This document shows positions 1-8,085 of a stretch of DNA of 18,528 nt, one piece after another; position 1 is the stretch's first letter, and each line of letters opens with the position of its first letter. The position numbers and the translations under genes are program-made. A model generated the notes under the pieces. The model saw only the letters and a list, made by a program, of their open reading frames with translations, ran no database searches and was not told the DNA's origin. The stretch comes from an uncultured Deinococcales bacterium (GTDB lineage Bacteria; Deinococcota; Deinococci; Deinococcales; JAAFIG01). The DNA lies in the NCBI GenBank assembly GCA_964244895.1, contig CAXTKV010000090.1, positions 1,292 through 19,819 of the forward strand, read 5' to 3'.

Positions 1-794
1 TGAATCGGGCTGGGGCGGTATTTCGGGTCTTGAAAAAACGATTCGTATACGGTTTTCGTGGCGGCAAATCCCACGTCCAGCCCGACCAGATCCATCAACT
101 CGAACGGCCCCATCTTGAAGCCAGCGCCGCGCATGATGCGGTCGATGTTCTCGAGAACCTCGCGGGATTCGCCGTTCTCTGCCAGGATGCGCAACGCTTC
201 CCCGGTGAACGGTCGGGCGATGCGGTTGACGATGAATCCGGGCGTGTCCTTGGCCAGCACACAGGTCTTGCCCATCGCCTCTGTGACTTTGACGGCGGCC
301 TCGAGCACGTCTGCTCTGGTCAGATCGCCGGGGATGACCTCGACCAGCGGCATGATGGTCGGCGGGTTGAAGAAGTGCATCCCGACGACCTTGCCGGGAT
401 CGCTGACCTGTCCCGCGATGGCGCTCACCGACAGCGTGCTGGTGTTGGTGGCCAGGATCGCGCCCTCGCAGAAATGCTCGAGCTTGGCGAACAATTTGCG
501 TTTCACATCCAGGTTTTCGGGCGCGGCTTCGATCGCCAGGTCTATCGCGGTGAATTCGCTGATGTCCTGCACGGTCTCGAGCCTGGACGCGGTGTTGGTC
601 GCGTCCAGTTCCGTGATCTTGCCTTTGCGAACCAGTCTTTCGAGGTCGGATCGGGTGCGCTGCACGGCGCGCTCCAGGGCTTGCGGGTCAAGGTCGTACA
701 GGCACGTCCTGTACCCGGATCGGGCGGCGACCTGCGCGATGCCCGCGCCCATCGTGCCCGCACCGAGGACGGCGATTGAAAGGATGTCCGGCAT
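1..794 (-). CDS. paaH: 3-hydroxyacyl-CoA dehydrogenase (PaaH/Hbd family), 3' end runs off the window
   Basis: Absent from the ORF track because it has no stop in the window. Manual translation from ATG 794: MPDILSIAVLGAGTMGAGIAQVAARSGY...AIEAAPENLDVKRKLF...LATNTSTLSVSAIA...VVGMHFFNPPTIMPLVEVI...KDTPGFIVNRIARPF...GFKMGPFELMDLVGLDV. Contains the Rossmann GxGxxG, catalytic HFFNP and PGFIVNR motifs. An in-frame ATG also exists at 806 but lies inside the -10 box. The symbol paaH rather than hbd is inferred. Confidence 0.9.
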   Translation of the reverse strand, partial: MPDILSIAVLGAGTMGAGIAQVAARSGYRTCLYDLDPQALERAVQRTRSDLERLVRKGKITELDATNTASRLETVQDISEFTAIDLAIEAAPENLDVKRKLFAKLEHFCEGAILATNTSTLSVSAIAGQVSDPGKVVGMHFFNPPTIMPLVEVIPGDLTRADVLEAAVKVTEAMGKTCVLAKDTPGFIVNRIARPFTGEALRILAENGESREVLENIDRIMRGAGFKMGPFELMDLVGLDVGFAATKTVYESFFQDPKYRPSPI

Positions 795-801
795 GCTGGC
801 G

Positions 802-831
802 AGCATACGAAGCTTGCTTTGGGGGCGTCAA
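802..831 (-). promoter_or_regulatory. Sigma70-type promoter of the dehydrogenase: TTGACG-18 nt-TATGCT, 7 nt before ATG (leaderless layout)
   Basis: Minus strand reads TTGACG cccccaaagcaagcttcg TATGCT cgccagc ATG; no Shine-Dalgarno sequence. Confidence 0.75.
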
Positions 832-880
832 TGCGATATCCGTCGTGCGGCTCGAGCGTTCTTTTGAGAACCCGATTTTT

Positions 881-904
881 GTAGGGGCGCGATTGATCGC
901 GCCC
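881..904 (+). repeat. GTAG-type REP-like palindrome
   Basis: GTAG-GGGCGCGAT-TG-ATCGCGCCC: a GTAG tetranucleotide followed by a perfect 9-bp GC stem, the layout of RAYT-associated REPs. Only one copy in the window. Confidence 0.55.
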
Positions 905-907
905 TGG

Positions 908-968
908 CGAGAACACCGTCCAGCACACAAAATTCGTATGCTCGAGAATTGCGTCCTGAACGGTGTTC
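908..968 (+). repeat. Palindromic repeat family, copy 1
   Basis: CGAGAACACCGTCCAGCAC...CTCGAGAATTGCGTCCTGAACGGTGTTC; directly abuts the antiporter stop codon (969-971). Confidence 0.85.
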
Positions 969-2150
969 CTAGCTTTCAACCTTCGCGGGTTCGGGTCGTG
1001 GACGCTCGAAAAGCGCCATGATCGGGTCGCTCAAGCGCGCCAGCAACGGCCCCAGAACCGCCGTGATCAGCACGTAGGTCGCGGCGGTCGGCCCGAGGGC
1101 GGGCTCGAGTCCGGCTGCGACGCCCAGGTTGGCGATCACGATGCTGAACTCGCCGCGAGGGATCAGGGTCGTTCCGGCGCGCAATCGGCCTCTGGGTTTG
1201 ATGCCCGCTCGGGCCGCACCCATCCATCCGGTCAGGATCTTGGTGGCGCTGGTCACGACCGCCAGCAGCAGGGCCACGCCGAACACGGGCGGGATCGTGG
1301 CGGGGTTGACCTGAAGCCCGAAGAACACGAAGAACGCGGCGGCGAACAGGTCTTTTAAGGGGTGGAACAAGTCCTTGGCGCGTTCGGCGGCCTGCCCGGA
1401 GACGGCCAGCCCAACCAGGAAGGCACCCACGGCGGCGCTGACCAGCAACCGGTCCGCGATGCCCGCGATCACCAGCGTCAGGCCCAGCAACGACAAGAGC
1501 AGCACTTCGTCGTTGCGGATGAACAATCCCGCAGACAACCGTTCCCCGAAGCGCGTCGAGACGAACAGCGCGACCGCGACAGCCGCGAGCGCGACCACCA
1601 GCGAGATCATCGTGCTGAGAAACCCGCCGCCGACCAGCAAGGCCGCCACGATCGGCAGGTACGCGGCCATGGCCAGATCCTCGAGCACCAGGATGCTCAA
1701 GATCGTGGGCGTTTCGCGGTTGGCCAGGCGTCCAAAGTCCGAGATGATCTTGGCGGCGATACCGGAACTGGACACGTAGGTCGCGCCGCCCAGGATCGAG
1801 GCGGCCAGCGGCGACCAGCCCAGGATCAGGGCGATCAGGAATCCGGGCGCGAAGTTCAGCCCGAAATCGATCCCCCCGGCGGCCCGGGACGCGCCCAGGC
1901 TGCCGAAGAGTTCTTTGGCGTTGTACTCGAGCCCCAGCGTGAACAACAGCAGCACCACGCCGATTTCGGCGGCGGGCTTGATGAATTCTTCGGCGGTTAA
2001 GAGCGGTAAAATCCCGCCCGAACCGAACGCCAGGCCGCCGATCAAATAGAGCGGGATCGGTGAGAGCCCGATCCGCGAGGCGAGCCTGCCCAGTACGGCC
2101 AGTCCCAGGATCACCCCGCCCAGCTCGAGGAACAGCGTGCCGTCGCCCAC
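969..2150 (-). CDS. CPA2-family cation (K+)/H+ antiporter membrane subunit (KhtU/YhaU-like)
   Basis: 393 aa with about 12 hydrophobic helices; AEIGVVLLLFTLGLE, YVSSSGIAAK, ILVLEDL, FFVFFGL and PRGEFSIVIA motifs; GTG start 7 nt after the RCK-C gene stop. Confidence 0.92.
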   Translation of the reverse strand: MGDGTLFLELGGVILGLAVLGRLASRIGLSPIPLYLIGGLAFGSGGILPLLTAEEFIKPAAEIGVVLLLFTLGLEYNAKELFGSLGASRAAGGIDFGLNFAPGFLIALILGWSPLAASILGGATYVSSSGIAAKIISDFGRLANRETPTILSILVLEDLAMAAYLPIVAALLVGGGFLSTMISLVVALAAVAVALFVSTRFGERLSAGLFIRNDEVLLLSLLGLTLVIAGIADRLLVSAAVGAFLVGLAVSGQAAERAKDLFHPLKDLFAAAFFVFFGLQVNPATIPPVFGVALLLAVVTSATKILTGWMGAARAGIKPRGRLRAGTTLIPRGEFSIVIANLGVAAGLEPALGPTAATYVLITAVLGPLLARLSDPIMALFERPRPEPAKVES

Positions 2151-2157
2151 GACGGCC

Positions 2158-2643
2158 TCAGCCGACCAGCAGGATCGCGGCGGCGCGCTTGACGGCGTCC
2201 GGCGATCCGATCACGACGGTCGTGTCGTCGGCTTCCAGTCGCACGTCCGGCCCCGGCGCGGCGATGGATTGGCCAGCGCGCAGCACGGCAGCGATGCTCG
2301 CGCCGGAACGCGAGCGCATGTGGGTTTCCGCGATGGTCTTGCCGACCACCGGTGATGCGGCTTCGATCTTCAGCCAGTCGATCGCCAGCCCGTCGATTTC
2401 CTGGTGCAAGCCCTCGAGCCGCCGCGTCAGGGACGATCCGCCCAGCAGGTCGGCCATGGCTTCGGCTTCCTCTTCGGCCAGCGAGATCATCGTGTCGCAC
2501 GAATCGGGATCGCGGGCGTTGTAGACGAAGACCTCGCGGTGTCCGTCGCGGTGGGTGATCACGCCCAGCCGCCGACCGGATCGGGCGGTGAAATCGTGGC
2601 GTTTGCCGATGCCGGGAAGGTTGGTTTCTTCGACGTTGACCAT
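2158..2643 (-). CDS. K+/H+ antiporter regulatory subunit with C-terminal RCK_C (TrkA-C) domain (KhtT/YhaT-like)
   Basis: Start reassigned to ATG 2643: MVNVEETNLPGIGKRHDFTARSGRRLGVITHRDGHREVFVY...SPVVGKTIAETHMRSRSGASIAAVLRAGQSIAAPGPDVRLEADDTTVVIG (161 aa). TAATCT lies 7 nt upstream. The ORF-track extension to 2844 crosses a repeat. Confidence 0.9.
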   Translation of the reverse strand: MVNVEETNLPGIGKRHDFTARSGRRLGVITHRDGHREVFVYNARDPDSCDTMISLAEEEAEAMADLLGGSSLTRRLEGLHQEIDGLAIDWLKIEAASPVVGKTIAETHMRSRSGASIAAVLRAGQSIAAPGPDVRLEADDTTVVIGSPDAVKRAAAILLVG

Positions 2644-2659
2644 GCCGAGCAGATTAAAC

Positions 2660-2681
2660 CGTGGCGCACATGTGCACCACG
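2660..2681. promoter_or_regulatory. 22-bp palindrome, candidate operator in the antiporter promoter
   Basis: CGTGGCGCACATGTGCACCACG is self-complementary except for one pair. It starts 3 nt upstream of the TAATCT -10 box (2651-2656, minus strand). Confidence 0.45.
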
Positions 2682-2710
2682 AGTCATCGCCCATTTTTGC
2701 GAGGTTCGCT

Positions 2711-2771
2711 CGAGAAAACCGTCCAGGACGCGTTTTTTGCGGCTCGAGAATCCGCGTCCGGGACGGTATTT
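2711..2771 (+). repeat. Palindromic repeat family, copy 2
   Basis: CGAGAAAACCGTCCAGGACGCG...CTCGAGAATCCGCGTCCGGGACGGTATTT, between the divergent khtT-like gene and aroH. Confidence 0.85.
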
Positions 2772-2843
2772 GTTCGCGCCCGAGGTCGGTTCTTCGAGGC
2801 TCGAGTTCGCGCGGTGCGCCCGCATCCTGGTACGATTCACGCA

Positions 2844-3242
2844 ATGATCCGAGGCATTCGCGGCTCGACCACCGTCACCGAGAACACGTCGGCGTCCATC
2901 AACGACGCCACCCGCGAGCTGCTGGTCGAGATGCTGCGCGCCAACGAACTCGCCCGCGACCCGGCCAACCCGACGCAGGAAGAACTCGAGCCGTTGTGCT
3001 CGATCATCTTTACCGTCACGCAGGATTTGAACGCCACCTTCCCCGCGGAGGCCGCCCGGAACGCCCTCGGCATGAAGTTCGTGCCGCTGTTGAACGCCCT
3101 GGAAATTCACGTTCCCGGCAGGTTGTCTCGCGCCATCCGCGTGATGATGCACGTCAACACGGACAAAGCACAGCGCGACATCCGCCACGTCTACTTGCGC
3201 GACGCGGTGGTGCTGCGCCCCGACCTCGAGAGCGCACAGTAA
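2844..3242 (+). CDS. aroH: Chorismate mutase, AroH class
   Basis: [15 protein letters not shown]...[19 protein letters not shown]...[53 protein letters not shown] (132 aa). Start reassigned to ATG 2844, with TACGAT 7 nt upstream. Confidence 0.95.
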   Translation: MIRGIRGSTTVTENTSASINDATRELLVEMLRANELARDPANPTQEELEPLCSIIFTVTQDLNATFPAEAARNALGMKFVPLLNALEIHVPGRLSRAIRVMMHVNTDKAQRDIRHVYLRDAVVLRPDLESAQ

Positions 3243-3248
3243 AAAGCT

Positions 3249-3344
3249 GGGGTTAAGGGTCAAAGGGAAAAGTGAAAGGGCAAAAGCGCCGGTCTGCGCT
3301 CTGCGCGTCTCCCGAATGTTCTCTCTAACCCCTTACCCTTGCCC
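3249..3344. repeat. Facing short tandem purine-rich (heptamer/hexamer) tracts between the convergent aroH and hrcA
   Basis: Plus strand GGGTTAA GGGTCAA AGGGAAA AGTGAAA GGGCAAA (3250-3284). Minus strand after the hrcA stop: GGGCAA GGGTAA GGGGTTA GAGAG (3321-3344). Confidence 0.6.
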
Positions 3345-4289
3345 TCAAGCCGCGCCGAGCGCATCGCTGACGGCCTTGGCCACGCTGATCGCCTGCGGGT
3401 AACGCATGCGGGTCGGCCCGACGATCACGACGTTGCCGCGCCCGACGAGGGATTTGAAACCGACCGTGATCGCGCTGACGCCCATCGGGTCGTCCACCGC
3501 CAGCCCGACCTGACCGAGCGGCACGTCACCGGACGGTGAGGCAGGGTGCTCGAGCAGTTCCAGCACGCGGCGCAAAAAAGTCACGTTCTGCGATTCGGGT
3601 TCGCCCAGCACGGGGCTCGCGCCGCTCGAGAAGGTCACTTTCGGCGCGGCCTCGCCCCAGCGTTCGCGCAGCGCGCGCGCGATGCCCGCCACGCCCGGAG
3701 AACCCGAGATCTCGAGTTGCCGCAGTTTGCTCGGCACGTCCTGGACGGGCAATTTTGCGCCGCGCAGGGCTTCCTCGACGCGCTCCAGGGTGGAACGTTC
3801 GACGCGGAAGCCCGGATCGAACTTGATCTCGCGCGCCACGCCGCCTTCCAGGATCAGCACCGCCATGACCCGACCGTCCGGCAGGGCGTTCAAGAGCATC
3901 GCCTCGAGCTTGGCCTCGCGCGGGGTCAGCACCGCGACCGCCGCGTACCCGGACAGGCTGGACGCGAGTTGCGCCCCGATCCGCAGGCGGTTCTCGCCCT
4001 CTATCTTGCCGAGCGCCCCGTCGAGCCGCGCTCTGGCCGCGTCCGAGAGGGGTTTCGGCGGGATGAAACGGTGCGCGTAGGCCCGGAACGCCTCGCGGGT
4101 CGGCACGCGCCCCGCCGAGGTGTGGGGCTGGTGCAGCAAGCCCATCTCCTCGAGCGCCGCCAGTTCGAAACGCACCGTGGCCGACGAGACCCCGAGCGAT
4201 TCGGTCAGGTCGCGGCTGGGCACGGGACGGTTCTGGCTGATGAAAGCCTCGACCACGAGTTGTAGAACCTGTTGACGGCGCGCGTCCAC
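3345..4289 (-). CDS. hrcA: Heat-inducible transcription repressor HrcA
   Basis: VDARRQQVLQLVVEAFISQNRPVPSRDL...VSSATVRFELAALEEMGLLHQPHTSAGRVPT (HrcA winged-helix signature), ending ...IVGPTRMRYPQAI. GTG 4289 preferred as start, with extended -10 TGaTAGATT 5 nt upstream; the track start is TTG 4310. Confidence 0.93.
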   Translation of the reverse strand: MDARRQQVLQLVVEAFISQNRPVPSRDLTESLGVSSATVRFELAALEEMGLLHQPHTSAGRVPTREAFRAYAHRFIPPKPLSDAARARLDGALGKIEGENRLRIGAQLASSLSGYAAVAVLTPREAKLEAMLLNALPDGRVMAVLILEGGVAREIKFDPGFRVERSTLERVEEALRGAKLPVQDVPSKLRQLEISGSPGVAGIARALRERWGEAAPKVTFSSGASPVLGEPESQNVTFLRRVLELLEHPASPSGDVPLGQVGLAVDDPMGVSAITVGFKSLVGRGNVVIVGPTRMRYPQAISVAKAVSDALGAA

Positions 4290-4450
4290 GATGCAATCTA
4301 TCACGTTCAAAACGCGGTTTTGGGGCGCGGTTGACGCTCGAGAAACCCGAAGTCATGGTCATGCGTCCGGGTTCATCGGGCGCGATCGGGCGATTTTCGG
4401 ATGGAGGAGTGCGACCCGTTGCGCCAACCCTGATACCCGAGGTGGATGCT

Positions 4451-4500
4451 CGAGAACACCGTCCTGGACGCATTCTAGAATTTGCGTGTAGGACGGTGTT
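4451..4500 (+). repeat. Palindromic repeat family, copy 3 (followed by a degenerate partial copy at about 4518-4552)
   Basis: CGAGAACACCGTCCTGGACGCA-TTCTAGAATT-TGCGTGTAGGACGGTGTT; then CGAGAACATCGCCCCGGACGCGAATCTTACGGTG. Confidence 0.85.
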
Positions 4501-4557
4501 ATTCGCGATCGGCGTCTCGAGAACATCGCCCCGGACGCGAATCTTACGGTGCGCTCC

Positions 4558-5250
4558 TTACGGCAGCGAACCGTACTTCGCGCCCAGCTTGATGTACACG
4601 CCGCTGTTGTCCGCACCGATGTCCAAGCGCAGCGCGAAATTTTCCGAGAGCGGCAAGAGCACGCCGCCGAAAATGTCATACGTCAGGCTGAACGGGCTCA
4701 AGCCCGAAATGACCGTGTCCGTGCCCAGCAAAAAGAACAGCGGGAACAGCGCCCTCGGGCCGTAATAACCGCGCGCCGAAATGCCGGGGCCGATCCCGAC
4801 GCCCGGACGGAACGCGCCCAGAAGCGCGACGTTGCCGATCACGATGGCGTCCGGCGTGCTGGCAATGGCGTACACGCCCGCCGCCGCGACCAGCGTGAAT
4901 TCGGTGACGGGCACGACCTTGACGCGAGCCTCGAGCCGTCCGGCCAGCCCGAAGGTCAACCCGTCCTCTTTGGTGATCGGGTAGAGGTACTGCCCGAAGA
5001 GTTTCAGCGTCACGTCCGGGCTGGCATTGACCACGAACCAGCCCGCGTCCAGGTTCCCGCCGAGTTCCAGGCTGTCGCCGGGCGCGGCGTTCTGGATGGC
5101 ATAAAAGCTGTACCCGACGGAAGCCTCGAGCTTCAGGCCGATCCCGAAAACCTGGCGCAGCGCGCCGGATGCCGTGAAACCCTCCGCTCCGGCCTGCGAT
5201 GCACCGAAGGCCGCGAGCCACACCAGACACCAGATCCCTAATTTCTTCAT
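4558..5250 (-). CDS. Secreted hypothetical protein, predicted outer-membrane beta-barrel
   Basis: 230 aa; SD GGAGG upstream; Sec signal MKKLGIWCLVWLAAFGASQAGA; many alternating amphipathic segments (LKLEASVGYSF, LKLFGQYLY, FALRLDIGA, VYIKLGAKY). Confidence 0.7.
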   Translation of the reverse strand: MKKLGIWCLVWLAAFGASQAGAEGFTASGALRQVFGIGLKLEASVGYSFYAIQNAAPGDSLELGGNLDAGWFVVNASPDVTLKLFGQYLYPITKEDGLTFGLAGRLEARVKVVPVTEFTLVAAAGVYAIASTPDAIVIGNVALLGAFRPGVGIGPGISARGYYGPRALFPLFFLLGTDTVISGLSPFSLTYDIFGGVLLPLSENFALRLDIGADNSGVYIKLGAKYGSLP

Positions 5251-5283
5251 GTTCCCTCCCCAGGGTTTGGATTGCGGTTCGGT

Positions 5284-7860
5284 TCAAGGACCCGTTGGCG
5301 CGGATGGAACCTTCGGTGCGGTGGCTGCGATGGTCTGGCGCAACCGACGCCGGAAGGTCACAGCCTCAACCAGGACGGCGATCAGGTTGATCAGGTAAAT
5401 CGCGCCCAGAATCGCGTACAACCAGATCTGGACGCTCAAGAGATCCACCACCGGCGCGACCGAAACCAATCCCAACGGGCTCGAGGGTGCGAGCAAGCCC
5501 GGCATCAGGCTCGAGCCCAGGTTGAAGACGGCCAGCGTACCGCCCAGTACGGCCCATGGCACGATCAACAGCACGCCCCAGACCTCGTCCGCCAGACCGC
5601 TGCCGGGCACGATCAGCGCCAGGAATTCGTAGATCAGGCTGCGCGGCGAGAAGTGCGCGCCGCGCACGCGCGGCACGACCAGCCACACCAGGCTCAATCC
5701 GACCAGCACCAGCACCGCGACCGCCACGCCGACGCGAACCAGGCTGACCTCACCGAATGGAGCCCACTCGGGCAGTTTCAAGGGCAAGCGCGTCAGGTAC
5801 GACCACGGGTCGGAGGTCGCGCGACGGAATTCCGAACCCAGATCGCCGACGCTCGCCTCGAGCAACTCGACGGGTTCGGGCACGGACAGCATCGGTGCGT
5901 TCTGGTGAAAAGAATTGTGGAACGCGACCCGATAACCGTTCGGGTTGAGCCCCAGGTTCCAGCGCGGCGCGACCGCGCTCGCCTCGAGCCGCAGGGCTTC
6001 GCGGTAGGCGGCCTGCGCGCCCGCCTGATCGCCCCTGGCGGCCACGATTGCACCCAAGTTGTTCTGCGCGCTGGCGACATTCGGCGCCGTGCGGTACGCC
6101 TCGGCGGCGCGTTCCGTCTGTCCATCGAGCTGAGACGCCAGACCGCGCAAGGCTTCCAGTCTGGGCGTCTGCGGCAACCCGCTCAGGCTCGAGTAGAATG
6201 CCTCCCCGCCGAGCGTGCCCGCGTTCAACGGGGTCGCTCGCATGGTCGCGTTGCCGCGCAGCGCCCACGTCCAGACGATCAACCCGAGCGCCGCCAGCAC
6301 CAGTAGCACCAGCAGCACCAGTTTCTCCGTCAGGCTGTGGTAGGCGGGCAGACTGTGGCGCAAACGCAGCAGCGGCGAACGGTTCCACGCGCCCCAGCGA
6401 CCGCCGAGCGGCCTGAGGTCGCGGCTCTGCGCGATCCAGTATTTGGCGCCCAGCGTGGTCTGCAAGGCCAGGTAGGCCGCCAGGAGCGCCACGACCGCCG
6501 CCAGCGCCAGGCTGGCGACCCTGGAAAGGGATTCCTCGCCAAATTTGAACGGCGTGCCCTGCGCGAGTTCGTTGGTGAAGGCGCGCCAGTCGGTGGCCTC
6601 GCCGGGACGGCCCTGCGCCTCGAGCCAGGCCGCGAATTCCGTGTCGGCGCGCTCGTAGCCCGCGAAGCGCGGCATGGTCGTGCGCAAGAACCCCATCCAG
6701 GCCGTGCCACGCACCGCGTCGCCCTCGCGGAAGCGCATCCGGGCGACCTCCAGAGGATCACCCCAGGCCCGCAGCGCGCTCAGGCCGACCCGGAAGCCCG
6801 GATCGTAGCCCGCCCTCGCCCACGATGCCCGCGCTGACTCGAGCGCCCGATCCGCCAGTTCGGGGCGTTTGATCGCGTCCAGCAGCGCCGCCAGCCTGAT
6901 CGAGACGTAAAACGGAGCGGGGATATCGAGCGCCCGCGCGAAGCTCGCGTTGGCTTCCGTGGGCTTGCGCTCGCGCTCCAGGGCCGCGCCCAGGAAGACC
7001 GCAATGAACGGGTTGGTCGGGTCGCGCTCCAGTCGTTCGCGCATGACGCGGCTGGCGTCCGCCGGGTTGGATGGTCTGAGGGGATCGAAGTTCAGACCCG
7101 CTCGGGCCGCGCCCTCGAGCGAATCCAGCAGCGCCTTCGAGGGCGGGAAGGTCACGCGCTCGAGAGGCTTGCCGTCGCGCACGGTGAAGGTTTCGGTGGC
7201 CCGCCCGGTTCCGTCCGCGTCCCCCGCGTGCGAGACGATGGCGCGAATGTCCGATCCGCTGAGTTCCAGGGTCGTGATCGGCCCCGACAGGTACGTCCGC
7301 CAGATGCCCCGCCCGGTCTGGATATCCCTGGCCAGCAGGCTCGTGCCCTCAATGCTCACGACCTTCGCACCCAGCGTCACGGGCGGCACGGTGGAACGGG
7401 TGTCCGCCGTCCAGAGGCTCACACCGCCGCGCGTGGCCCGGAGCGAACCAGCCTCGAGTTGCACGGTGACGGGTGCGGCTGGTGGTGGACTGGTTGCCCC
7501 CGGTGCGGGCAGCACCAGCGACGCGCTCCGCTCGGTGCCGTTCTCGCGCAGCATGGCGCGCACGGCCAAGCGGCCTTTGGCCACCAGCGGCAATCGGAAG
7601 CCGCCCGTGTTGTTGGTCGTGAGTGTTGCGGGTGCGGCCTTGCCGTCTTTTGAAACAGGTTTCGGATCGCCGAACTCGAGCTCGAGAGGTTTTTTGGCCG
7701 GGAATCCGCGCCCGACCAGATCGAAATGCTGCGCGTCCTTCGGTGGCCACGGTTCGGCGGTGAGGCTCTGCGCGAACGCGGCGTGCGAGAGGCTGACGAG
7801 GATCGGAAGGGCCATCAGAACGCGCCGCCAGTTTCCAGGGCGCGAGAAAGAATCGTTCAC
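5284..7860 (-). CDS. Large membrane protein with signal peptide, PQQ-like beta segment, TPR-like repeats and several TM helices (function unknown)
   Basis: 858 aa; SD GGAGG 7 nt before GTG; signal peptide ...SHAAFA-Q; LLARDIQTGRGIWRT (PQQ-like); TPR-like AQNNLGAIVAARGDQAGAQAAYREALRLE and DPTNPFIAVFLGAALERE; hydrophobic helices in the middle and at the C-terminus. Confidence 0.85.
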   Translation of the reverse strand: MNDSFSRPGNWRRVLMALPILVSLSHAAFAQSLTAEPWPPKDAQHFDLVGRGFPAKKPLELEFGDPKPVSKDGKAAPATLTTNNTGGFRLPLVAKGRLAVRAMLRENGTERSASLVLPAPGATSPPPAAPVTVQLEAGSLRATRGGVSLWTADTRSTVPPVTLGAKVVSIEGTSLLARDIQTGRGIWRTYLSGPITTLELSGSDIRAIVSHAGDADGTGRATETFTVRDGKPLERVTFPPSKALLDSLEGAARAGLNFDPLRPSNPADASRVMRERLERDPTNPFIAVFLGAALERERKPTEANASFARALDIPAPFYVSIRLAALLDAIKRPELADRALESARASWARAGYDPGFRVGLSALRAWGDPLEVARMRFREGDAVRGTAWMGFLRTTMPRFAGYERADTEFAAWLEAQGRPGEATDWRAFTNELAQGTPFKFGEESLSRVASLALAAVVALLAAYLALQTTLGAKYWIAQSRDLRPLGGRWGAWNRSPLLRLRHSLPAYHSLTEKLVLLVLLVLAALGLIVWTWALRGNATMRATPLNAGTLGGEAFYSSLSGLPQTPRLEALRGLASQLDGQTERAAEAYRTAPNVASAQNNLGAIVAARGDQAGAQAAYREALRLEASAVAPRWNLGLNPNGYRVAFHNSFHQNAPMLSVPEPVELLEASVGDLGSEFRRATSDPWSYLTRLPLKLPEWAPFGEVSLVRVGVAVAVLVLVGLSLVWLVVPRVRGAHFSPRSLIYEFLALIVPGSGLADEVWGVLLIVPWAVLGGTLAVFNLGSSLMPGLLAPSSPLGLVSVAPVVDLLSVQIWLYAILGAIYLINLIAVLVEAVTFRRRLRQTIAATAPKVPSAPTGP

Positions 7861-7920
7861 GGGTGAACCTCCGGTTCAGTCCGTCTCGAGTGGCACGCCG
7901 TGCTTCTCGAGAGCGTCTTC

Positions 7921-7953
7921 GGTCGCGTGATGGCGTCACCTTAACACGCGACC
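7921..7953 (-). promoter_or_regulatory. Candidate promoter of the TPR/beta-barrel operon: extended -10 embedded in a 9-bp inverted repeat
   Basis: GGTCGCGTG-15 nt-CACGCGACC; the minus strand contains TGtTAAGGT (-10 box at 7938-7943). Confidence 0.4.
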
Positions 7954-8027
7954 ATCAAGCCGTACTTGAAGGGTTTTCACCAGGCTCGACGCCGCCGGGG
8001 GCGCGAAACCATCCCGACCAAATCAAA

Positions 8028-8085
8028 GAAGACCGTCTGGCACGGTCTTCTCTAGATTCAAAAAACGCTGTCCAGGACGGTCTTT
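8028..8085. repeat. Palindromic repeat family, copy 4 (variant arms AAGACCGTC/GACGGTCTT)
   Basis: GAAGACCGTCTGGCACGGTCTTC...CGCTGTCCAGGACGGTCTTT; overlaps the permease stop codon (8084-8086). Confidence 0.7.

Noticed and set aside
30..867. Plus-strand ORFs 30-779 and 58-867
   Set aside because: Antisense shadows of the minus-strand dehydrogenase, which the track missed because it has no stop codon in the window.
2644..2843. N-terminal extensions of the khtT-like ORF (to 2844) and aroH (from 2661)
   Set aside because: They overlap each other and a repeat. Family homology and the -10 boxes point to starts at 2643 and 2844.
4290..4450. CIRCE operator upstream of hrcA
   Set aside because: No TTAGCACTC-N9-GAGTGCTAA-like sequence seen, and no groES/EL or dnaK genes are adjacent.
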